From positions 511,859 through 575,858 of the forward strand of contig SMSO01000006.1 of NCBI GenBank assembly GCA_004764695.1: DNA of 64,000 nucleotides, given 5' to 3'. Source of the DNA: Schizochytrium sp. TIO01 (Eukaryota; Protista; Bigyra: Labyrinthulomycetes). The notes beneath the pieces were generated by a model, which saw only the letters and a program-made list of their open reading frames with translations, ran no database searches and was not told the DNA's origin. This document shows positions 28,093 through 39,168 of this stretch, in pieces (positions within the stretch are counted from its first letter, which is position 1; each line of letters opens with the position of its first letter). The position numbers were made by a program, and so were the translations under genes.

Positions 28093-29412
28093 ATGAGTAA
28101 CCCTAACTTGAGCCCAAGCTCAAGTTCAGATGCAGACCAAGTCTATCCTTTGATTCATCCACTCGAAACCCTCCTCGATGGACCTTCTGAAGAAATCATC
28201 AATATTCCGGAGCAACATGAGCAAGTCCAGTGGCGTTACCATGGAGACTTCAGAAAAACCGTTCAGGCGCGAGATGGTAGTGGCGTTGCATTTCTGCAAT
28301 CTATCGGGTTTCTCAATAGCGGGGGAGCTGCGTTAGGTCGCCAAGAAGCACACATAAATTTCGTAGACTTTGTTGTGCCCATTCTGAAGTGTATTAAACA
28401 TCGCATTATTGCCGATCAAGCAAATGGGTATGGGCAACACGGACACAGCATTGTAGATGGTATCATCAGCATGGCTCCAATGAATGATCCATCAATTCAC
28501 CCGTCCCTTTTTCAAATTGTTTTTCAAATGGTGTTCAAGTCAGTTGACAAAGCTGTGCAGCAAGATAAAATGATTTCTGATTGTCTTGGTGGACCGAGTG
28601 TGAATCTTCCAGATGACCAAGCACCTCAAGAAGTACCTCAAGCACCTCAAGAAGTACCTCAAGTACCTCAAGTACCTCAAGTACCTCAAGTTTCTAATGA
28701 TGGCGTCCCTTTCAAAACTTGGCAATCACAAGTCACCACAAAGCTGGGCAAGCTTTATAAGTTGTCCGCAGAAGAAGCCCAAAACCTTCGTATGCGTTGG
28801 CTCTGCTTTGCTAACTTTGACTTCGAAGAGGCACATCAATTAGCAAGTTGTGTGAATCGAAGTGATGCTGCTATGTTCAGGAACCTTCGTGATCTTTTTG
28901 ACTACATGTCCAAGTTAGTCAGGTTACAAAACTATGGAACTTACACCCGCACCGAGGCAATTGGACTTTTCGTTCGCATTTTTGCGATGAAAAACAGATA
29001 CACTTTTCCATATTATCAAATTGCAGAGATCCTTGAGATGACACAATTACCACAGATTGAGTATTTCGATGCTCTCATTGAGCTCTTTTCATGCTGGTGC
29101 GCCGCAGTTCTTTTCGAATACAAGCTCTCAACCAAAGAAGATCAAGACGAACTTAAGCAGATAGGAAAGAAACCTCGGGGGAAAAACAAGACAAAAACAA
29201 AAAAATATGGTAACCATGATAGCCAGCAAGCGGGAGCCAGAGGACAGAAACGCAAGACGAATGACCAACACTACCCTTCTCACATGGAGAATGCATCATC
29301 AAAGGGGACCCAGCAAGGCATGCTTGTTCGCTTCGTCGATCCAGTGAAGGCTTTGCAAAATCTGTCAATTCAAAACCAAGAATCTACGATTCCAACCCCC
29401 CTCGGTATATGA
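28093..29412 (+). CDS. Hypothetical protein of about 439 aa, orphan, with internal (A/V)PQ repeat and basic NLS-like segment; possibly the truncated 5' part of a longer gene
   Basis: Open frame 28021-29412 (463 codons) in AT-rich DNA, far longer than neighbouring ORFs. First ATG is at 28093 after ACACATACAC. Composition looks globular; contains APQEVPQAPQEVPQVPQVPQVPQV and KKPRGKNKTKTKK...QKRK. No domain recognised. Confidence 0.75.
   Translation: MSNPNLSPSSSSDADQVYPLIHPLETLLDGPSEEIINIPEQHEQVQWRYHGDFRKTVQARDGSGVAFLQSIGFLNSGGAALGRQEAHINFVDFVVPILKCIKHRIIADQANGYGQHGHSIVDGIISMAPMNDPSIHPSLFQIVFQMVFKSVDKAVQQDKMISDCLGGPSVNLPDDQAPQEVPQAPQEVPQVPQVPQVPQVSNDGVPFKTWQSQVTTKLGKLYKLSAEEAQNLRMRWLCFANFDFEEAHQLASCVNRSDAAMFRNLRDLFDYMSKLVRLQNYGTYTRTEAIGLFVRIFAMKNRYTFPYYQIAEILEMTQLPQIEYFDALIELFSCWCAAVLFEYKLSTKEDQDELKQIGKKPRGKNKTKTKKYGNHDSQQAGARGQKRKTNDQHYPSHMENASSKGTQQGMLVRFVDPVKALQNLSIQNQESTIPTPLGI
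28621..28691 (+). repeat. Coding minisatellite: 21-bp GCACCTCAAGAAGTACCTCAA x2 plus 9-bp GTACCTCAA x3
   Basis: Read directly; encodes APQEVPQ APQEVPQ VPQ VPQ VPQ in frame. Confidence 0.95.
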
Positions 29413-30900
29413 TGTTCACAGTGGGAGAAGTAAGAAATACTAACTTTTGATCATACGCACCATCGGCGACGTCAGAGGGGCGGTGCCTAAAAAGCATTTC
29501 GGATTGAATCCTACTTTTTGGCAGCTCTTTGCTGGTTGTATGAAGCAGAAGATAGACTTTTTTTATTGCTCGACGAATACGAGCCTGTCGGAGCCCTGCT
29601 CCAAGATTTAGAGATGATGCATCCCAGATTGGACTAATCGAATGCTCAATATACCTCGTCAACAATGTCAAGAACCACAAAGTTTGATCAAACTCTTACA
29701 AAGCAACGAGACGCGGGATCCGAAGATGCTATTTCTTGCAGTTGTAGAAACGAACGAAAAACGGCATTCAGATAGTTGGTTTTCTCTTACGATTGATCAT
29801 GTTTGCTACCCTTTGGAGATGAACTTGAAGAGACTTGTGGTCGACCTTACTCAATTAGATGATGACGTCCACTGTGCTCCGCAAGTCAACCTCAGACATA
29901 GCGATATTTCTGACTTGAACTCTTGTCTATTTAGCGGTAAAATAAAAGACTGTTGAATTTGCTCTCTTAGCGACGAATATTTTTCTTTGCGTTAGACACA
30001 CTAGTGGACATTATCTCGTCAATGTGAGGCAATGTCATCGTATTGATGGATACTTTTATTGAAGCTCAAGTCCTAACTCAGAAGTGATGTTGGTTCGAAA
30101 TTGCTCTTGTTTCTTAAGAGGACCAAAAACCTCATCGGAAGCAAAGCTTGACTTTGGCAAACGCATCAATAAGTGGTGCGAGACAGATGTAACCTCGCCT
30201 AAGAGCCTGTATGAAATGGTTAGTTTACAACATAATTGATGTTTAGAGCTTTCTGATAGTGAGTATATTGCAGCTGAGATCAAGCAACCATCTATTGGCA
30301 ACATAATCAACGTCAAGGTCAAAGCATTGCGATCCAGCTCATTTTTGAGCCGTCGGTTTTAAGAACATCTCAAGCGTCATGAAGTTGGAAAACTCGAGTC
30401 GGAGGAGCTTTTAACCTATCTTGAGGAGCCGTTACAACCTTGGCCAAAGCAACTGTTGTTTGAGGCCCTTCTTCACCATAAAAGGAGCAAACAATAAAAG
30501 TCTATGTCTCATGAAAAATATAAGCATGGAAGTTCGGAGTAGATTATAACAACGCTCTGATGGACGACTAGGTGATTATTGATGGTGAAGAAGAGCAGTA
30601 CACTAAGAGTAACTTGTTCGAGAAACCTTGACTGCAAAAGGTCGTATGCTAGGAGATCTTTCAGCGATGAAGTAAACAATGATATTATTGCGCAATCTTG
30701 GGTGAGATCATTTTTATTCGAGAGGAAACAAATCAATCCTTAGCTCTATATTCGTACTGTTATCTTAGTCGAACCCTGGTCAATCTACATATGGCAAATT
30801 CGGGGTGTAAATTCACAGTTCGTGAGCAGATGGAAGACATTGATTTCACCAAGACCAGTTCACGCAAGTCTTTTGAGCTTTGAGCTATACAAGAGACTAA
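29413..30900 (+). pseudogene. Probable decayed 3' continuation of the 28093 gene
   Basis: The same frame reads on past the TGA with few stops (FRIESYFLAALCWLYEAEDRLFLLLDEYEPVGALLQDLEMMHP). A 1-nt shift leads into the 104-aa ORF 29642-29956. Frame 30063-30497 then runs 145 codons with only 2 internal stops, followed by ORF 30698-30883. All pieces are on the + strand. Confidence 0.5.
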
Positions 30901-33900
30901 ACTTTCCATCGCGAGAACCAGGAGCAACGTGTGATAATCTTGCTAAGGCGTTAAGAACTTATCAAGGCTTTTGAGCAGCCTTTTCGTTGAGCTCTTAAAA
31001 TTCAATCACGCACAGTAAGGACCTGGCGATCAGCGCTATTTCCTATTGAAGTAATGTACAGCTACTGCCTAACCTAACCAAGCTCTCCTGACAATACATT
31101 CATCCTGCCTGTATCCAGACCCGAATCCACAATAACTCATGTATCATCCTCTTTCTCTTTCTCCTGAGTTCGCCATCCTTTTTAGACTACGTCTGTACGA
31201 TTCACAGTACAAGCTATCCTGCAATACTTCCTAACCCTGAAGTTTTTTGGAATGAGCGTTGGTTTTGGTCATCAATGCGGCTGAGCTGCGGACGAATGGT
31301 ACATCTACATTTACCACTTGAGTATTTGAATCATGCGCTTGAACGTTCCAACTCACCATTTTAAGACTTTCCCTCGTTGGTTTGCTCTAGTTTTGAGCAA
31401 ATGACAACAGCTACGAAGGCTCCAAATATTGCAGAAAGAGCAAATAAGTTCCTAAAGATTACGCTTAGCCTGCAATATTTGGGCCCGCACACGCACGCAG
31501 AGAGGTCTTCAAAGACAAATACGAAGCTCCCTTGTTTAGTGCAGATCAGGCATTGAAGCTACACCTCTACGCTCCAGAATATTTTCTCCGAAGTTCATCC
31601 CCCATAGCACCAGAGCAGCCTGTAGACATTTGAAAAACTTGAGCTTTAAAATATTTTGAAGCTAAAACTGATTGTGATTCCGACAAACGTCCGCAGACGC
31701 ATATGTTTACTATTGTCTTTGTGGATGGGAGTCCTTTTCTCTGCAGGGAGGTATACAATAGAAGAGGGTCTTTGATCTGATGAACGCACGTCGTACTGTT
31801 TTGCTCTATTTCCTACCCGTGTCAAACTAAATACCTGTCATAAAGCTTGACATTCCGCTTGAATCATATATCCCAGACCTTGATGCGCATGTACAAAAAC
31901 AGTGACATTAAACATTAATAGGGCTCTGAGGCGAGTTAACTGACCAAAATAGTGAGTTACAACGAACGCTTTTGCTTTTGGGAAATGGATATCAGAAGGT
32001 GCTTTTATTCCTAACTACACATTACATACACCCTTGAAAACTATCTTTCTGGATTCAGAACTCACATCAATAGTTGGTTGTTTTCTCTTGTGTCTGTTTT
32101 AGACAAACATGGAAAATGTATAGATTATATGTTTCACGGCAGTCTGAAAGGCCAAATCATAGTGTCATATTTAGCCAGCACTAACCAATCTTCTGAAGGG
32201 ATACTTCCGGATTGGAGTGTGTTATTCTGAGATCCACCAAACTACGAAACGAAGAGTGCTTCAAGTGCTTTCCTTTCATCAGAGTGTATCTAAGATTGCA
32301 CTTAGGACTATCGAGCTGTGAAAATAAGGGTTTCCCCCTCACATGCCGTGCCTAGTTGGAATGAACCAAAGTACACCTAAAGGTAGGAGGTAAAATATCA
32401 ATGGAGCTAATTTGGCTAATAGCTTGATGAGAAGATTGAAATTGTACGTCCGCACTTACCAGGCTACAGGAAATCGACAGTTCAATTGATTCTTGATGAT
32501 TATCGTAGACTTGAAATTCTTGAATCGGCACAAAGCGGACTAAGTGTAACATGGTCCATACAGTGAATCGAATATCACCTGTGACATCTGCAGGTGCATG
32601 ACTGAACCTAAGCCTTTGGGGGACTACTTTGCAATAAGAAATGACGTCATACTGCTATCTTTTAAATTCTTTCTGATCAGGCAGTTGATATTCGACTCTC
32701 AGCTGTGTCCTTAGCATCTATAGGGTCATCTCATTACCAGAGCCCATTTTTCCTGATTACTTACAGCATTCATCAATGCAGGCAAAAACATTTTTGTTTC
32801 TTGTTTCTTGTCTCTTGTGGTAGGATTTTGCATTTTGGATAATGAAGAAAGTTAATTTTCTTTGATAAGTATAGAGTTTCTTGGCTGGTATATATGTAGC
32901 TTAAGATGTCAAGGTACTTAAGGAATGAAAATGAGACACTGCGAATAGTTCATTCTATCTATCTTAGAGCTGTATAGACTCAAAAATCCACGATTTAACA
33001 ACTAGGGTGTGATATTGCGCTACCTTTATTACTCAGGGTCGAAGACTCTTTTTCCTAGGCGAGCATGAGCCAATTTGTTTCAGAAAATGCAATAATCAAG
33101 CGAGCCATTGGTCATCGTTTCTAAGCCCGATTAGTGTTAGTAAGGCTCGGTAGCGAGGTTTAGGAGGCTAAGGAGCTGTCACATTTATTGTTTTTTTGGG
33201 CTTATCTGTTGGCTTATGTATGGCCTATCTTATCTTAGGCTAGGGTAGAGCATAACTGGCACTGCTACTGTGGAGCTCCCTTATAGGTGCTGTATCATTT
33301 CCAGGGCTTTAAGTGTTAAACGCAGTTTACAAAAAGTCCAAATAGCGAACTGAATGTAAGACGAAAAGCTCCTGCAATTCTTAAAATTCGAGCTAGCTCG
33401 GTGTAAATATTCATAGAATTGCAAAACGCAATCACACCAGCCAGTGGATATCCCTTCACTTGAGTAAAAACTCAGGTTAGAACCAAACATTCAAAGTTTG
33501 CGCGGAACAAGAATAAAAACTTGGAGTAGTACTAGTCTCGTTTTAAAATCGCACGCGCTACTAGTCAGATGCTGCCCTTGTCACTCCTTTGACTTGGGTA
33601 GAACTCTATAGCAACACAAACTCGTTCCTAGTGCCTACTTAATTACGATCATATGCCATGGATAATTGCTTTCACTTAAAATTTTAGCCCAGGTGAAAGA
33701 TATTAAGGAGTTGTCTCTGACCACATGAGCGAATGTTTTAGCTTAACGTTGGGTAATTTTAGCTAGCGATCTAGTCAAACTATAAGCTATCTACTTACTT
33801 ACCTGCTTGCCTTGGGTGCTCCCTTTGACTTGAGTTATTACCCGGGTCAAATAAAAAATTAGAAGTTGAGTGCTATTTCTTTATCGCACTTACCACTGTA

Positions 33901-34779
33901 AGTTGTCACCTAGTAGCAGGGTTTTAGCAATTCTAGTAAGTGCGACTGCTGCTATTTAGCCTGACTAAACCTCGAAGTACCAATTACGAAGAAGTAAATC
34001 CGAGAAATATTCGTCGCACTAATCAATCCAAGTTCCAATACGGAGACAGTAGCCACATACATCGATGGCTTTAGCTTGGTCTTCTTGACTCATGGTAGAT
34101 ACAAACTAAGTGATCAAGTGGACAGTAATCAACAACCGCTTCTTCTTCTTCTTCCTCTTCTTCTTCTGTCTTTCTCGCCATCATTGTTTCTTCTATGTTT
34201 GGAAGAAGCTGAAAACCTCGAGATTGAGAATTCGCGGATTTTCTGCGAGCCAAGTTCTCAGTGTGTTTACAGAGTCTGGCAGGAACCTAAGTGAACGCAA
34301 TTATATGGGTTAGGCAGGTATCTTGGTACTATCTTGCTTGGAGTTCACTTTATTAGGTGTTTCTCACGGCCTTTGAATCGAAGTCGTTCTCGTCAATGCA
34401 GATATCTCGCCACTTGGAGCTTCAACCAGATCATCCTTGGTTTCTGCAACTTCGTGCTCAGCTTGAGCGAAAGGCCTAGTTGATCGATTGATTGATTGAT
34501 TGATTGTAGGTGACTTCTCCCACGATTCGATTTCTCTCACAAGTTTCGTTGTGAGTTCCCGTTTTTTACTTACTAGGAAAGTGGGATAGGTACCTCCAAC
34601 CCTTTTCGCGGGTAAAAATGGTCCGCTGTACAGGCTCGGGTTGGTGTCGGAAACTCTGTCAAGGTGCATTTGGCAGCATCTTATAGTAAGGTAAGACGAA
34701 ACCCTGGTCTAGTTTAAGAACAAGCAAGAAAAATGAGGGGAGGTAGAACCTCAACATCACAACTGCAAGCAAAAGCTTT

Positions 34780-34785
34780 TTTATT
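34780..34785 (-). terminator. Candidate AATAAA polyadenylation signal for the Myb mRNA
   Basis: AATAAA on the minus strand about 300 nt after the Myb stop codon; motif match only. Confidence 0.25.
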
Positions 34786-35081
34786 AGATGTCTATTTCTT
34801 CTTCGCAAAGGCAGCGCAACAAGGATGAATGAGACCATCGGATTTTAACAAAAGTAAGCAAATAGTTACAATACAGCCAGAGAGCACATATATAAATAGA
34901 TAAAGAGGGGTTGTGTGTGTATTTGGGAGGTATATAAAAATAGAGATGGCGGAGTGTGGTGGAGTTAAGATACGGATCACTTTGTCAAAAGCAAGTAAAT
35001 TCCATATGGTCATCAATTTGAAAGTGATTAAGGAATGGATGATCCAACTTCAGCTCGACAAACAGCCTAACGTGAGATAGC

Positions 35082-36605
35082 TCAATACAGCTTGAGAATT
35101 GATCGAAGTCTTTGTTGCTCCTCGTCGGCCATTCGCTGTTGCTGCCTTTGTTGTTGTACAAGAAGGGCTGCGGCCGAGAGGGGTAAGAGGGCATCAGACG
35201 ATGCGAGGGCGAGGGCCAGGCGCAGAGTGGACGGGTTGAGGTTGTTGCTGCCAGTGCTTGAGTTCGACATGTTAGTCTCAAAGGAGCTGTTGTTGCTAGA
35301 TTGCTGCTCATGGTAGTGTTGCTGCTGCTGCTGGGCAGCAGATTTGTTCATGTTACTGCTGTTTGAGTGCGGTTGCATTTGCCAATCACGCTCAATGTGC
35401 GGGGCAACAATATCAAACAGAGACTCGTCGGCACCTTCTGGGTAAGAGGTGCGAGGTCTCTTGAAGTTGGTGGGTGCGTTAGCATGCTGGTGCGGCAAGT
35501 GATGTTTCTGCTGATACTGCTGCAGAGAGCGAAGCTGAGGGCTGGCAAACGATGGCTCAGGGTGAGCCTGCATTCCAGACGAGTTGTTATCGCACTCAAG
35601 CCAAGATGAAGACCTCTTCGACGAGGTGCGACTGAGGCGACCAAGGCTGCTTTGTTGATGTTGCATTTCATCCGCAGGATTAGGAGATCCGAAGGAATTG
35701 TGAGAGTGAAGATGCTGTTGATGCTGCTGGCGCTGCTGTTGCTGCAAATGGTTCAACTGTTGCTGTTGCTGGGGAGGAAGGTGAAGGTGTTGTTGCTGGT
35801 TCGATGAAGTGCCACTGTTGAAGCCCCCACCGAGGACAAGGGGTGGAGCAACGTGAAGTTGAGCACCATGTGCAGCCGCAGCAAAATCTTCGGCTGAGAA
35901 CCCAGAGGACGATCGCGACTCAAGGCGCGGAGACATTTCTGACATGGAGACGGTCTGCGGGCTCGAAGTTGCGCTCTCGTTTGAGAGGTGCTTGGACTCC
36001 GGCATAGAGCGTACACCAGAGTTGTGAATGAATTGTTCCACGAGGTCAGAGTAGTCTGCGTCGCGGAAGAGCTGTTCTGCTGCTCCGGGGTGGAGAGGTC
36101 GCTCAGCAATACCATTACGAAGCATGAGGAACCTGGTCTTGACTCCATTGCGAGTGCGGTTAGGCATGCGTTCTGCGATCATCCCCCACTTGGATCCCAT
36201 GAGCTTGTGAAGTGCCAGGAGATCAGTGTCATCCTTGGCGGTCCATACACGGCGGCTTGCGCGAAGAATGGACTTGAAGCGGATTTTGACGCTGTTCTCC
36301 GTACGTCCGTCGAGTTGCCTGGCGATGAGTGCCCATTGGTTGCCTACCTTGAGCTGATTTTGGATAAGAGTCGCATCTTCCTCGCAGGACCATTCAGACT
36401 TGTTGATGTCGGGGCAAAGATTGAAGCGCCAGCGTTCACGGCACTGCTTTGCACTGCGGCCAGGCAAATGCATGGCCACATCGCCCCAGCTTCCATTCAA
36501 CACAATTGCTCCATTGCTCAGTCTCTGCACTCCCGCTTCATTCAAAACCTTTTTGAGGATCGCATCCTCCTCCACTGTCCATGTTAATTTTTTTGCTGCT
36601 GGCAT
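35082..36605 (-). CDS. Myb-domain transcription factor with three Myb/SANT repeats (R2-R3-R3 type) and a Q/S/H-rich C-terminal region
   Basis: Intronless 507-aa ATG ORF with CAGCAAC-ATG context. Repeat 1: WTVEED...W...PGRSAKQCRERW.NL.P (R2 signature). Repeat 2: WSCEED...GNQWALIARQLDGRTENSVKIRF. Repeat 3: WTAKDD...GSKWGMIAERMPNRTRNGVKTRF. Regular Trp/Phe spacing of 19 residues (W40-W59, W72-W91-F110, W121-W140-F159). Several polyQ tracts downstream. Confidence 0.95.
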   Translation of the reverse strand: MPAAKKLTWTVEEDAILKKVLNEAGVQRLSNGAIVLNGSWGDVAMHLPGRSAKQCRERWRFNLCPDINKSEWSCEEDATLIQNQLKVGNQWALIARQLDGRTENSVKIRFKSILRASRRVWTAKDDTDLLALHKLMGSKWGMIAERMPNRTRNGVKTRFLMLRNGIAERPLHPGAAEQLFRDADYSDLVEQFIHNSGVRSMPESKHLSNESATSSPQTVSMSEMSPRLESRSSSGFSAEDFAAAAHGAQLHVAPPLVLGGGFNSGTSSNQQQHLHLPPQQQQQLNHLQQQQRQQHQQHLHSHNSFGSPNPADEMQHQQSSLGRLSRTSSKRSSSWLECDNNSSGMQAHPEPSFASPQLRSLQQYQQKHHLPHQHANAPTNFKRPRTSYPEGADESLFDIVAPHIERDWQMQPHSNSSNMNKSAAQQQQQHYHEQQSSNNSSFETNMSNSSTGSNNLNPSTLRLALALASSDALLPLSAAALLVQQQRQQQRMADEEQQRLRSILKLY

Positions 36606-36963
36606 GTTGCTGCTGCTGCTCTGTGTTTTTCCCCCCAGACTTGTTGTCTGGTAAGCTGCGTGAGTGTAGCCTGACGTTTTGGGTTATGTGGAGTACTTCC
36701 TCCCTGGGATTAGATAAGGTAAACTTAATAATGAATTGATCTTTATCCGGTGTTGTGCGCGTGCGGTGTATCGTATTCCGATTCGGGCAAACAAATCAAG
36801 AGGCAGACTGGTCAAGCTTGCTTTTTCTTTTCTTTTTTTTCCAATTGCTCGCCGGTTAATCTTCGAGTAAACAGCGTTTAGAGTTCGTTGGCTCTTTCCT
36901 GCTTTACTGCCTCTGCGCGGGGTTTTCGCGCGAATTTGTCGGCCACGCCTTTGTTCCCCTTAC

Positions 36964-36994
36964 AGTATAATTAGTATATATATTTGTATATAAT
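36964..36994 (-). promoter_or_regulatory. Candidate TATA-like core promoter of the Myb gene
   Basis: Isolated TA-rich patch (minus strand ATTATATACAAATATATATACTAATTATAC) within GC-richer DNA, about 360-390 bp upstream of the Myb ATG. Based on position and composition only. Confidence 0.4.
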
Positions 36995-37687
36995 CTGGGC
37001 AGGACCAAGTCTCGCCAGGTCGACGGGTTTGAAGAGCTCCGCCGCTTCTTCTTGTCTGCTCACTCACTCACTCACTCAGTCAGTTGTGCGCTGCGCCTGC
37101 CTTGTGCTTCTTCAGGCCTCCGCCTCTCTCGAACTGCTCACCTTGCCAGCTGCTCGTGGCGGACCGGGTGTCAGAGGACCCCTGAGCTCTCCTCTGTTAC
37201 CTCTCAGAGGAAGAAAGAGAGAAAATGAAATGAATCGACTTTGAGACGGCTCAAGTCAATCAAACGTAGCGTGCGATAGCTGGCTGCTCTTCTTCTCGCG
37301 CCGCTGCCGCTCCTCCTCGTGCGTGTGCTTGCTTGCTTGCTTGCTCGCTGCTGGCTCGCGTACCCTACGCCCCTGCCTCAGCTCGCTGTCGCTGTCGCTG
37401 CGTCCTGTCTTCTTTCTTGGTCTTAAGCCGGCGATTGATCAATCAGATCAGCCGTGGCTTCGGGAGCAAAAAAGAATACTGTATATATATAAATAGTTGT
37501 GGAAGGCGCTTTATAATTAGACAGAGAGATCGCTGGTAGAGAGAGAGAGCTCTTGGAGCAGACCTCTGCTGCGCTGCGTTCGGGCTTTGGTGGTCTCCGG
37601 CGCGTGAGCTGCCAGGCGCTTCCAGAGGGCGGCAGGGGAAAGAAGCTCTGTTGCCTTTCTTTCTGCTCCTCTCTTTTCTACGTTTGG

Positions 37688-37745
37688 TGTTTGTTTGTTT
37701 GTTTGTTTGTTTGTTTGTTTGTTTGTTTGTTTGTTTGTTTGTTTG
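37688..37745. repeat. (TTTG)n microsatellite
   Basis: Read directly. Confidence 0.95.
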
Positions 37746-39126
37746 ATCGATTCATTGATTGTTTAAACATCCTCTCACACAGACAGAGAGAAACTCAAAA
37801 GAACAACATCCTTTCGCATTTTGGACTTGTTTGTTTTTAAAGCTCTTTTTGTTAATTTAAAGCTCAAGTTTTTTAATTTTATTCTATTTAATAATAAATG
37901 TTTTATTTATTTATTGATTTATTTTTAAGAGAAAAGCGAAAAGAGAAAAGAGAAAAGAGAAAGAACAACTTTGCAAGTCACTCAGTCCCTCATAAACAAA
38001 CCGTTCTTCACAGAAGGGCTCATTTTGCCTGGTTTTTAGTTTTTTGGTTCTAAACATTCATGTTTTTTGTTTTTGTTTTTTAGAATGTAAATGAGAGACG
38101 GTTCGGGGAGCGAAGCAGACTCAGGAGAAATCGATCGTCTCTGGAGGCCAGAAAAGAACAAGCCCCGTTAAAGTAAGTAGGTCGGCACATCTGTTTCATG
38201 CACGAATTAAACAAAAAGGAAGTAACAACATAAACTATAAACTAAAAAAATAAAAAATAATACATTACCATCTTATTTTAGGTTTCAAAATAATAAATAC
38301 ACCTATATCTATATATATAAAGAAGATTTAAAAAAAAGAAAAGAGAAAAGATTAAAAAGAGTTTTTACATTTGCAGAACTTGCCAACCAAACAAACGTAT
38401 AAAACGACGGATCCCTTCAACTTCATAGATAGATAGCAACTAAAAAGAAGCAAACACAAGCAGAACAAACGAAAAGAAAAGGTCAGAGTCTCTCTCTCTC
38501 TCTCTCTATTTCTCTTTCAATCGCTCGCCTCATCTCTCCCCTCTCTTCAATTTGCACCTCCGCTCCTAGCCCTCCCCTAAGCGCGCCTACAGGGTGCGAC
38601 TGCCTCTTTCTTTCTCTTTCCGAGTTTCCCTTCCTGCCCTCTCATCAATTTCCTTTTTCTTTTTGCGTTTGGCCCAAACTCGATCGGATCGAAGAAGCAA
38701 ATGCAAGAAAGATACTCGAAGCCGCTCGAAGCGGAGCAGAATCCGACGCCCCGCGCGGCTCCACAAGACACATACATACATACATCCATTCCTCGCCCAT
38801 CACACATTCACCAACAAACAAACAAACACGAATCCAGCAGCCATCGAAGCAGAATCGGAGAGAGGGCCATCTGCCCCTCTGTCTCTCTGAGCCCGGAGAG
38901 AGTAAACATTTCAAAGCCACTCACTCCTCATTCTCCTCATTGAGTTCAATCAATTCAACTTCAGCGGCGCTCATTTTGCACACACACACAAATATCCACC
39001 CATACATCCATAGTCACAAACAAACAAACAAACGAACAAACAAACTCGTCTATGAACGAGCGATCTGCAGGTAAGTAAGGTACGGTACCTCCTCCTCGCC
39101 CACGAGAGCACCTGAGGCTCTTCTTG

Positions 39127-39127
39127 C

Positions 39128-39167
<40 letters not shown>
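39127..39167. repeat. (CAGA)n microsatellite
   Basis: Read directly. Confidence 0.95.

Positions 39168-39168
<1 letters not shown>

Noticed and set aside
35988-36587. 199-aa + strand ORF
   Set aside because: Antisense shadow of the Myb DNA-binding domain, with a non-ATG start and no independent protein features.
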